This document shows positions 52,291 through 64,000 of a stretch of 64,000 nt of DNA, piece after piece. The position numbers and the translations under genes are program-made. The stretch is taken from contig NW_024704743.1 of the NCBI RefSeq assembly GCF_018977255.1, forward strand, positions 86,864,001 to 86,928,000, given 5' to 3'. A model generated the notes under the pieces. The model had not been told where the DNA came from. It saw only the letters and a list, made by a program, of their open reading frames with translations, and ran no database searches. Positions within the stretch are counted from its first letter, which is position 1. Every line of letters starts with the position of its first letter. This stretch comes from Callorhinchus milii (Eukaryota).

Positions 52291-55200
52291 CCTAACTAAT
52301 TGGAAACCTTCCTAGTATGTCTAATTGTGATATTCACTGGATAAACTGACTGAACCATTGTCATCAGAGAAACTCTGATTTTTGCTCTGCATGCAATATT
52401 AAAATTATGAAAATGGAGTTCTGATGTGTAAGTTACTTCTACACCTTTTAACGCTCCAATATAACGGTTTTGAAAAATAACAGGATTCCAACCCCATGCT
52501 GAGGGCTTTCCAATGACACACCTCAATGTGACTGCCTAAGTACCTGAAGGTATATAGGTCTCAAAATATTATCCTTGGTCAATATGGTCTCAGTCCAATT
52601 GAAATAAAGAAAAACTAATATTTTGCTACATTTCTTCTGAAGTCTGACACTGTGCCAATGGCAATGCAGATCAGTTGAAAAGACTGTTCAGGTCCCCCAC
52701 ACTACACAAACCACAAAAATATAGAGTCTCTGAAAATAGATTTTTTAAGTCGACTGAATTTTTAGGAAAGCAAGCACAATCTCTTAAAGAAGCCTATGGA
52801 ATATTGTAAAGCAACGTTACTCCTTTTCAATGTTTGTAGTTGCATTTATAAAAGACTGGAGGAAGGAAAGCGGAGATTCACTGGCTAACTCCATCCGAAA
52901 GCTTCAGGAACACAAGTAACTACAGCAGAGCAGTGCCAATGGCTGAGCACAGTTAATGTAGTAATAAATTACTTTTAGTGGGGTTTCATGCTTAGTCTCA
53001 TAATGCACAGTTCACAGACAATCCATGGCACGTGAGATTTACTGACAAATTTGTACTTTAACAGCAAATTATATTGAGTATAATTAAAATTAGCAAATAA
53101 GCAATGATTGCAAGCATACTGCACCTTTTCACTGACTGCTTCAGATCCTGCACAAGCTGCTGCCTCAAACAGTACAAAACGTTGGGCTTTGACTACATTC
53201 TGTTTTAAAAAAAAGATTTTGCTTAAAACTAGTTCAGCAAATTTCATTCATACAATGGAACTTGGTAACAACGTCTTTCCTAAACCCAAAATAATATTAA
53301 ATTAAACAATGTAAAGTGAGATTCAGATAAATTCCATTTGGAGCACGGTTTCTGCAAAAACCTGAACATATATCAGTGTCAGTGAATGGGTTAATAATCT
53401 TAGCAAAGCTGAATTCAGAATCTCTCTCCCTTGCTGGATTTTATCCTACTAGACTATGATTTTGTTTCTTAAATGGTGATAGCTAGTGACCAAGCGCAAA
53501 GGTTTCCCATTGCAAAAAGAGGTAGAAATGCCGAGAGAAAGAATGCATTAAAGCACGAGATGATAACCAAATGCTTTAATGGACTCAAAGGACCCTATTC
53601 TGAGCTTGGCATAAAAAGCATGGGAGGACTGCCTTCATTTAGGACAATAGCAAGGATGCAGGCTTGTACTATAGTTTACCATGCTGTTTCTAGTTTGGTA
53701 AAACGAAACTGCACTATATTGTACAGACATCTTTTTGGTCATTAATGACATTAGATCTCAGATATATACAGGGCACTGATCTGTAATATAAAATAATTAG
53801 TGTTTAATATTAAATATATTAATATTAAATTTCTGAGTTTAAATACACATGTGGCTATATTCGAGTGTTGTCAGTGGGTTGTGTGAAGTGCATTATGAAG
53901 CTCAGCTGGGATGGCTTGTTCTGTCAATTTCCTCAGAAAAGCATTGAAGGAGAGCTCAAAGATGAAGTCATGATCACCACCAAGGGAACTGTTTGATTGT
54001 TTCAGTGAAACAAAATCGAAATTTAGGAGTTAAAAATCATTGTGATTAAAATAAGTATGATTAAATTTAGCATCCACTTGAGTTTGTTTTAATCTATTTC
54101 CGTTTTATTTTTTTTAAATTTAAGTATTAGTGATGCTTAGGGGGACTGACTGTGAAAAGTCATTGAGATTAGAGTTAAAATTAACATCACTGGATAGCTT
54201 GTCATTATAACTGTGCATGTTAACGCAGCTCATTCGCACCTGTCAGATATTCATATTGTTCTCATCAACAGTGAAATTTAACAAAACAAATGAATCCAGT
54301 GATGAGATACAGAAAACACTGGAGCCTAATATTAATAGTACAGTATTTCTGAATGAGATTCTTAAGAAATCGGATTAGAATTCCAATTGTTTCATTGGAA
54401 ATTAATAATGTCAGAGCGGAGTTCCTACTGATGCACCTATGGTTACTAGAAGGAGTCCTCATTTGAAGTTTGGGATGCATTTAGAACTCTTTAATTTTGA
54501 TCTCCTTAGCTGAACTTCATTATTTCCCCTCTTGGCTGCACAGTTTTACATTGACTGAGAGGATAGAATAGAAGTGGTTATCTTTATAGGAGACTACATG
54601 TCTTGAGTGTGTAACTTAAGGCATTTCTTAACAGAATTCTTTAATAAAGAATCTCAGAAATTAATATCTTGAATTAGACTCCAATCCTTCAGTAGATCCC
54701 AATAGTAAGCAAGACTCATGCATGCTTTAATGGTTCCACTATACATGATGAGTTCAAGCAGTTGGAGTGTTGTTTCCAATGGATACTATCAATGGCACAA
54801 TTGCTCTCAGATTAACCACAACAAAAATAATCAAAATAAGACAGCTAGGCCTTGAGGAGTTTGCCATGAGTGCAAATGGAGCAGATGCACAGTCATGGTC
54901 ACAGTGCTTTCAAATAGTGCTGTAACTTGAAACCTAAAACTGTAAAGTGCAGTCATTTATTTAAACATTACAACTCAGCACTTAACTTTTATACGTTCAG
55001 TTAAATGTCCTTCACTATCATTTAGTGCTTGAACTTATTGTCTGTAATTTATGCTGTAGATCGGTCTCTCGACTCATCACGGTTTCCACTCTGCCAGTCT
55101 GCAATCTGTGATCTAATCTAGATTGAATTATGTTTCCATTGACTACTGGTGGGAGTTTAAAATGCATTTACTGTAGGTAGCAAGGTGCAGTTCTACTACT

Positions 55201-55611
55201 GCACACTGCCAGAAATGCTGGAACAAGAGAACACACTCCCAGAGTCGCCCACACACAATTTCACTTGCCACATCGTGGAGAGCTTCAGAATGGTGAAGAA
55301 AGACAAGCATAGGGCCAGGTATCTGAAGAAGAGTCACGGTTCTTGTACATCATCTGCCAGCTGTTTATGAATACAAAGCAGCATTGGGAGAAACCTGAGA
55401 ACCGTTAGGGTGCTCTCTTTCCTGGACAGGGATGGTGCAGGCGATTAGGACAGTAAGGACGAGAAATTATTTTTGTTGAAAAGATGCAGCAGCTTTGACA
55501 ATGTGCTTACAGAAGCAAACCCATTAAAGGCCAAAGTCAAAATCACCACACAGGAGAAATAGACAACTCACCAAAAAGGGACAGTAAAGGGAGACAAAGA
55601 AAGCAATAAAA

Positions 55612-55938
55612 TCCTGTAGCTCAGTGGTTAGAGCACTCGCCTTGCAAGCGAGACACCTGGGTTCAATTCCAGGCAGGGCAAAACCTTGGGCAAGTTTCCT
55701 TACTCCACACAGAGCCTAATAATAATCCCTCCAAAACAAAACAATAATAAATTGGTCATTTTCAATCCACGACTGTTTGTGGGACACTGCTGTGCGCAAT
55801 TGGCTGCCGCATTTCGCCCACAAATATGCAGTCAATTCACTTTACAGTCTATTCCGTGAAGAGTTTTGAGATGTCGAGAAGACATGAAAAGTGCTATATC
55901 AAATGCAAGGATTATTATTATTAATATTATTATTATTA
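55612..55938 (+). mobile_element. Young tRNA-Ala-derived SINE, short form
   Basis: Very similar to the 37018 copy, with the same diagnostic tail positions. Confidence 0.93.
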
Positions 55939-56289
55939 GAAAATGTCCAACCAAAATAACTGTTCCTACCTGAAAGATAATAATAATAATAATCCTTGTA
56001 TTTGATATCTATACCATCAAAATGTTTCATAAATAGCCAATGCATTTGTAGAAAATGATATTTGATTCCCCGATAGTGTACCTTAATGTATATTTAATTA
56101 CCACGTCAGGTTAATTAAAGGGCATTCACCCCTTAATGTTGATTTTTTCTATAAAAAAATCATCTATATGGGCTTCCAGGAGGAGTCTACACTCTACTAG
56201 ATGCTTATGGGCAGAAAGAAGTTGAACTTTCATACTGCTTTGTGTTGAACTGCCTCACAGCATGTCAGAGAAAATTACTGGTAAGATAT

Positions 56290-56800
56290 AATGGTGACTG
56301 CTTGTGTGGTCAAATACTGCAGCCACTTGCAGCAGGGAGATCCCACAAACAGCCAAGAGGTGAATTACCAATTACTACTAATCCTAATAATCCTTGCATA
56401 TAGTGCCTTATCACAGGATTTCAAAGGATTTCACTGTGAAGTGTAGTGACTGTGTCTTTGTAGGCAAACTTGGCAGCCAATTTGCAGACAGCAATGTCCT
56501 ACTAACAGCGATGAAACAAATAAGCAATTTTATAGAATACATTACAGATTTATATTTACTGTAAAACACCTTTCATATCAGGAGGATGCAAGGCGCTGGA
56601 CAGTCCAGGGTTTGCAACCGACCTGAGGGGGGGGTGGAAATTGACCGAAAGAACAGTCAAAGAGGACAGACTTGAGGAAGCAACGGTAGGGACTAGAATA
56701 TCAGCATAGATTTTCAGCTCACGCCCCGACACGTACCTTGAATATATAATCTTCTGACTCAGAGGCAAGAATGCTAACAACTAAGCCTAGCTAATACACC
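56290..56800 (-). mobile_element. Cluster of degraded old SINE fragments
   Basis: Repeated tail and body motifs, and a head remnant (cttctgactcagaggcaag). Confidence 0.6.
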
Positions 56801-56834
56801 CATACTTTTTTATATATATCTCAGGGTGAAATGT

Positions 56835-57103
56835 TGGCAAGTTTCCTTGCTGCACACGCCTCTATTTACCTAGCAGTAAGTAGGAACCCAGTAGTTAGTT
56901 GATTGGTGGATCACTTTTCCGGGGATAATAATCCTTCAAAAAAAAACACTAATAATTTGGTCACTCAAACCACGGTTGATTGTGGGACACTGCTGTGCGC
57001 AATTGGCTGCTGCATTTCGCCCACAAATATACAGTCAATTTGAGACACCTAGAAGACATGAAAAGCGCTATATCAAATACAAAGATGATTAATATTATTA
57101 TAA
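56835..57103 (+). mobile_element. SINE long form, 5'-truncated
   Basis: ggcaagtttcctt...cacacgcctctatttacctagcagtaagtaggaacc... through to the tail. Confidence 0.87.
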
Positions 57104-60100
57104 TAGTACATTTTATACTTGTTTCAAACCCTTTCAATTCTTTTTATTCAAACAAATGTAGAAATAATGATGTTTGCATTCTCCAGTCATTAAAAATTGT
57201 TTCATTCCAATCTCCACCTGGACTTCACAATTTTGCTCTATTGCACTGTACAGCATGACTGAGAGAGTAGGAGTCACAGAACTTAATTTCTAACAGAATG
57301 GCGGTGCTATGTTGAGATTATGTGAGAGAAGATCAAGTTAACTTGCCCTCTGGCTTCGCATCCCTCATTCTGGGGAAATGCCTTCTTTCTCTCCCTGACA
57401 TCATGTGATTATGTTAAGACTAGAAACTTACACAATGCATGATCAGAGCCACAAACCCATGTCCAGGAGTTGCAAGAAAGCGCAGATGCAGATTAGTGAA
57501 GGGCAATTTTAGAACAAAAAACAGAAGTATTGTTCAACCTGGTGGTTAACATGTGTTTGTGAATTCTTTTCCCACCCCTCCACTTTTCAACATCATCTAA
57601 AAACATCTGACCCAAAGGACAATATTACCAAAATTCACCACTTACCCAACACTGTATTGGAATGTCAGCCTGGACTGTGAGTTCAAATCATAACATGGGC
57701 TTGAAAAATCTTTGGACTTTTGGCAATAGTGTTGACACCTGAACTAAGTTGTAGTCTGTAGTTCAGCACTGCATGGAACTGAACTCTATAGAACTTTAAG
57801 ATGGCCTCCAGGCATGAAAGGCTGGCGCTATATAAATGTAAATTGTATAACTGATTAGACCAAGAAGTTCACACTTAACATTTTTAGGGTAGCCAGAATT
57901 TGCAAATTCTTAAGTAGTTTTAATTCTGAAGCCAGTCTTCTGTGAATTCCTTTGAGAGCTACAGAAAACCAATGTCAAATTTAAGATTTCAACATTTTTT
58001 TTAAATCTGGAAATGCTTATGGTTGTATGATTTCTATAGCTGCAATTTCTTCCCAGTCATTGGTAGATTCAAACTTGTAGCAGACCAAAATCCCTACAAA
58101 TACACTGTACTATACCTTACAGTAAATCCTTTTGAGTGCTCTAAGACATCTCGACAATGTGATAAGGTGCTATAATAAATGCAAAGATTATTATTTTTCT
58201 TCTTATTAGATCCAGTACTGCCAAAACAAAGAATAATGTTAAGCCAATCCCTATGATTGTGCCCATGAATGGTATCCATTTTTGCTGTCTTTGGCTTATA
58301 TACTCCTGCAGATGGTAAGACTTTTCCTGTGCCAAAATAATGATCCAGTTCAGCAGACTGTGACCATAAGATGACCTGATACAAGTCTCTAATTTCCATG
58401 GGAAAGATTTCTGAAGCCTGGCAAAGAAAAGTTGTTAACTTGCCTTCAAACTCTTCAGTTTTCTACCTACACAGCTATTTTGCTAGGCTGACTACAGGGT
58501 GATTGTGGAATTTGTTCCTTCTTTACCTCACAAGCACAATACTGATTCAAAATACCCATCTTCTCGAAAGGAGGTTTAACAGACTGTTCTGTGCTACTGT
58601 GATTTGACACTTTATCTCTTACTGCCACATCATTGAAGAAGCAGCAGCATCAGCTTAGTTCCTCTGAGCAGGGAGACCACACAGTTAGTGACCGTGCAAG
58701 GTCCCCAGATAACACCAGCGAGGGACTCCAGCACTGACCACTTGTCTCTCTCCAGCAAATGCATGAAACAGACCTGCACCATCAGCACTCCTGGCCGAAT
58801 AAGAATATGAAACAATTATGTTTTTCCTTGCATCTTTATAATGGGATTTCTCATACAGACATTAATGAAAAGTTGGCTTAGTGTTTGCGATCTGAGGTGA
58901 TAGACCCTAAATAATTAATATTACTCAGAAAATTATGTTTATGTAATATACCCAATTAATTTTTTTTTAAAAATCTAGAAGACTCTGGGGACAGTAATGA
59001 CCAGGAACCTCAAAATTCCTAATATGAAATACCAATGGAATTCATGATTCATGGAAACTCTGTTCCATTTGAAAATTTGGGAGTTCAAGAAATAATAAGG
59101 AAAACTGCACCATGTGATGTATTAGTCATCACTGATGCTAACTATCTGGTCTTTCCTAAATGCAGATGACAGGATTAGTCAATAGAAAGTCTTGTCACAT
59201 GTGTGACCCTTCGCTCCCTCACTGTGTCACATTGATCATGCTTGAAACCGAGCATATCCATTGCACTTTTGCGGACCATGTGCTGAAGTAAGGGTTAGAG
59301 CGTTATGGTTATAACTCTGATTTTTTTTAATGCTGTTATCCCACAACTTGGCCCTTCAATGTCTTAATCAGTGGCTGAAAGTGCAATGGCCACTGTGAGC
59401 AATCTGTAGGCTAACCAGTATGAAAGTCTGGAAGAGTCGCACTCAAAGGCCATCTTGTTAGCGACTGGCCGAGTCAACAGCAATGAAATCATCACTATCA
59501 CTGGTTGAGAATTAATACATAGTAATTTTCACCCCACCACAAAGTAACCTTAATCATAAGAAAAATAATGAGATATGGATACATGAACTTCCATGGTGGA
59601 TATCCCTCCAGTATTACTGGGTTCCATACTAGGCTTACCACAAAAATTATTTCATCCTCATCTTTTATAATGGGATTTCCCATTGAAAAGGTGCAGTGAA
59701 TACATCACTATGTTTAGCGACCAGCTGACATTAGACCCCAGTGAGTTTCATAGAAGTGTGAAATCCACTCAACGTTCATAAGTAACAAGTGACAGAATAC
59801 CAGAAACTTCCTGTTACTGATAAAAGATCCAATTTGTTCTGTCATCTGAATGTTACTGAAGCTCCAATATAATTTGAGAACATTGTGTTTGGACATGAAA
59901 CTTTTTATTGATACTTGAATAAATATTGGTTTTAATCTTTTCTCCAAATCATTGTCAGGCTGCTGATAGTGAAAATATTCTCAAACTCACTCCTTATCAT
60001 ATTCTTTTCTTCCATTACCCTCTATCATTCTCTCTCTCCAATTTTCTCCTCTCATTTCCTGAAGGTATTATACTATGCTGGGATTTTCTTCCAAAGGTGC

Positions 60101-60382
60101 CAATGCTTTGCCCAAGTGGCGACTCTCATGTTCGGTAACAACAACAACTTGCATTTATATAGTGCCCTTTCACAGTATAGCATCTCGGAGCACTGAAAAA
60201 AAGTAAGAAAGTAAATACCAAGACAACTTTCAACAGGAGTCTCTGGTTAGCAATCAGAAAAGCGAACTTACCACTGATTCTTTTCCTCTTTGTTCACCCA
60301 AGGAACATTGAGACAGACATTTCATCTTTATCTATACTCATCTGGGAGGATACCTGTGGGAGAACTCCTTTTGGGAGGACTC

Positions 60383-60822
60383 CGTAGTTAGACCCAGCAC
60401 TTTAAAACGTAATTTTGTTGTTGCCGAGGCTTAGTTTCGCCTATGTTCTTTATTTTGCTCCTGCCACTTGGCTACATGCGTGCTCTGTCACGCAGGATGC
60501 CATAGCATCATGGTTAGCCGGTGTGGCCACCAGATGTAACTGCAGTGTGTGTGGATATATGTAGGTACTCTGGACGCACGATGCCACAGCACCTCTTTGA
60601 CTCGCCGGCCACCAGGTGTTACTGCAGCGAAAAACGCAAAATTGAAAATAAATCATGAACGATAGAAGATACCCAAAAACAAATATCTACAAGTCACTCC
60701 CAGGTGCAAGACCTTTCCGATGAATAATAATTCATGTCTCTACGTCAATCGATTATTTAGATCCTTCTTGAAACACAGACAGACATTGTCGTTTTGTTAG
60801 TATATATATATATATTTGAAGA
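60383..60822 (+). mobile_element. CpG-rich non-autonomous element, Helentron/HINE-like candidate
   Basis: About 18 CpGs in ~410 bp against a CpG-poor background. Ends in cagacagac...gtcgttttgttag(TA)n..gat. Confidence 0.4.
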
Positions 60823-63327
60823 TAGAAAATAGGTAGAAGATAAATTTCCAGCATCTGCAGTATTTTGCCTTTTATTCAGTATTTTATAGTGACTTATGTC
60901 TTTTTAGGTTTCTCAAACTTTTTGTTATTTCTTACACTGTCTTTGTGCATCTCTTTCCATTAAAGTCATACTCTAGTGGTTGCTTACTCTTATTTCTTTA
61001 CACATGTGGTCACTGGATTTGTTGTGCTGGATTTCACACAATAACAGCACTGTCACAGACACATGGGTATTAACTCAACTACTGCTGCTACTGGATATTG
61101 GAAGCTACACCCAAACTTACTATATTCTTCTATACAGAGAATCCTGTAGAACTGTGTAGTGTTTTCAGAAAGGTAAGTTTTAAGGCAAACTTTCACATTT
61201 AATAAGCATATTATTATACAATATTATAAACATGGGCCAACCAAACAATAGAGGTTCAACAAGCCTCACTTAGCCTAAAATTGGCTTTATGTCTTTTCAA
61301 CTGAAAATATACAACAACTTGCATTTATAGATATTCCTGACCATTTTTAAACACTTTTATAACACAGAAATGATGCAGCAAAGGATGATAACTTGCAGAT
61401 TAAATGTTTAATAACTGCTCTGAATATTCTTGTTGGAACATTAGCATTGAACTCCATTTCTATTTTTAATGACATGGACCGACTAGTTCAGGCTAAGTAA
61501 TTGCGTGACCCTGTTTCAATTGATCATGGACAGGTATTCCAGCATTTCAGGAGACGTGACTTGCCCAAAGTATCCTGGCTTCTCAATTAAATCTATGTGT
61601 GATGGGGGAAGAGAGGGGTTGGAAGAAAATAAGACAAGAAATTGCCCAACTGTCAGATCAATTGAGAATTGTAGGTAATACAATGTCATACCCATCAAGG
61701 GCCTGAAATTTCACCTGCTCTCAGTCTATGAGATTATTTTGTCTTAAAGTTTAAAGTTACAAAAAAATTCTTAAATTTGGTCTCAGAACTTAACAATTTT
61801 CACTATTCTACATAATGTAAACGTTGAAGACAAAATGTTCTTAATGGCTAAGTTTAGGTGGAATTTGGGGTATCTGAAGGTACAGTATGTAATTTACAAT
61901 AAATCAGAGATCACCCCCATGTAGTATAAGTGAAAATTGTTCAGATAACCCTGGATAATTTGGTATAAAAATAACTTGAATTTAATGCATTTTTCCACTC
62001 TATGATATTCACAATTTAAATTGATAGAACATCGGTGACCGAGTGAACATGTTCCCAGCTCTAGGTTTTGGGCTCGGTACTTACTGATGGTATGAAAGTC
62101 TCTGCTCCCAGCTGGGTTTCAAGGTCTCCTAACTGCAAAATTCAGTTTGGGTGTAAACCACTATTTGGTATGAAATGGTGTTAAAATTCTGACAATTATC
62201 CTCACATAAGCCAAACTCTGTGAGAGATGGAGAAACTAATTCACAGAAAGGTGGAGCACTGGGTTAATGTAAGTTGGGGGTGATATTCCTCTTTTACTGT
62301 GATTTTCCTAAAAATAAGCACACATCAAAATTGCTAAACTGTACTCAGCAAGACAAAGTCTTACCTATTATTGAGACTGTATCTAGCCACACTGTGGCTA
62401 GATACAGACCTGGGATGATTTTGTTAGGCCTTGGTGCCCAAATTGGAAAAAAAAATGAAACCCCCACCCACAGTGGTGACATTCCTCACCTTAATAAGTG
62501 CAAAAAAGAAAAGGGCAAAAGAATAGAGAGACAGACAAATAAAAATAAACAACATTAAAATCCTTCTGTTTGTGGTTTTGTGATAGAAAACATCTGTACA
62601 TCTTTGAAGGCTACAAGGGACACTGAGTTCCCAAAGGATTAAAGTTCCCGAGATGCTTCTTGCTGATTACGAGCTCACAGTAAAAGTCTTGTCCAACATT
62701 TATTTGACCACATGTACCTGGGTCAGGGATAGATGCGGATGGAGTACTGCGCTAGATTTGTGGGGAAAGAACCCACCCCATTTGGGCAAGTGCAATCGAT
62801 CACCTTCTGAATTCCAGCAGTTAAAAAGGCAAAATCATTTTTGGCCCAGAAAACAGCTCTGACTGTGTATCATATTCATTCAGCCCAAGCGCAGCATTCC
62901 AGGTTTAGCATTTTGCTGTAATTGAATACCTATCCATTAGTCCAATCTGCCTTTTCTCTTTTAAAAGTCAGAGATGGCGCGTGGGGCTGCTCTTTGGAGC
63001 AGAGATGTGCAGAGATGTCCTTCCCAGTGGTTTATCCATATTTGCCACATGGCTAAACAAAAAGGGGAAGCAGGGGTCAGAAATTATTTTGTTTTATGGT
63101 TTTGAAATCCCTGTTGTTTTCAGGTCCAGAGGCAAAGCAGAGATCTGTAGAACAAATTAAAATAAAATTGTATCTGCCCTGGGGCATGTTAAAAAAAGAT
63201 CCAGCTGTCCGAGACATTTTTGTTACAAGTCCTTGATTGAATTGGGATGGAAGGGGGAGATATTGAAATATATTTTTCACAGACCACCTGTGCAAAGCAA
63301 AAAACGGAATAAATTAATCTGAACCTA

Positions 63328-63610
63328 GCTTCCTTAATGGCCTAGTGGATAAAGCTACTTCCAGTGAGGTACTGCGAATACAGACCAGAAAGTCACAGGT
63401 TTGAAATTTCCTACTACAATGAGTGAGTTGATTTCATCTGGGGTAGTGTTAGGAGAGCCTCAATTAGCCTCAACCCCCATGTCTTAGGGAGGAATAGATC
63501 CCACTCCTAATCGCCAATAGTTAATTTTGCTGGAAAGTGTGCTTGGGCAATGATCAGCATGAGATTGGGCTCAGCTATGATGCCCTCTAGTCAAATAGCC
63601 TGCTGATATT
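63328..63610 (+). mobile_element. Ancient SINE-like repeat, copy 2
   Basis: A-box-like tggcctagtgg, B-box-like ggtttgaaatttcc, and the same motif order as 26700-27020. Confidence 0.55.
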
Positions 63611-64000
63611 AAGTGGACTCTAACTTCTGTTGAAACTAAACAATGCCATATTTTTCACATCCTATTAAAAAATCCTGTTAAAAAACATGGCAAATCAACC
63701 TGTTACTGTACTTCTTGCAATCGGTACAATACACGGTACTAAGCTCTAAATAACACTAAAGCACTTACAAGTTTAACATTTATTTAACAAACATGTTTTT
63801 GTTTAGTTTGCCCTCAGGCACTCACGTCGCACATTTTAAATTTAAAAAATTGATTTAAGCCTGTAATTTATGTCACTGGGCAAATCATTTAAAACAATCT
63901 GCCCAGCACATGGACCTACTAAAATGCTTAATTTTAATTACTTTACTACAGTTTAAAGCTTTTTTCACCCTGGTTAGCAATACTGCCCTTCTCCCTACGT

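Larger units (their letters stand above)
48522..64000 (-). other. ZFPM2: ZFPM2 intron 1 (partial)
   Basis: Upstream of exon 2. No MSRRKQSKPRQIK exon-1 coding sequence or promoter-like CpG island found by eye. Confidence 0.75.

Overview
Vertebrate genomic DNA, AT-rich and repeat-dense. The repeat content points to a cartilaginous fish, possibly a chimaera such as elephant shark (inference). The window appears to lie entirely inside ZFPM2 (FOG-2), transcribed on the minus strand. Two coding exons are recognisable by translation and splice sites: exon 2 (48363-48521, 159 bp) and exon 3 (36611-36700, 90 bp), with an 11,662-bp intron between them. Exons 1 and 4 were not found and are probably outside the window. 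The introns contain: (i) about 13 copies of a young tRNA-Ala-headed SINE with (ATT)n tails, in long and internally deleted forms; (ii) an older Deu-domain SINE sharing the same 3' half; (iii) L2 and CR1 LINE relics; (iv) degenerate Penelope-type hammerhead repeats; (v) an unclassified repeat family with a conserved hairpin; (vi) a palindromic MITE-like element; (vii) a CpG-rich Helentron/HINE-like candidate; (viii) TAAT-rich candidate enhancers. Nearly all ORFs in the supplied track are spurious. I found no prokaryote-type system, CRISPR array or novel protein-coding gene. The best leads are at the RNA and repeat level: circRNA-permissive architecture around exons 2-3, a reconstituted splice donor at exon 3, modular SINE chimerism with tail-loop switching, and the unclassified structured repeat. 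All family names come from my recall of consensus sequences, not from a database search. Repeat boundaries are approximate.
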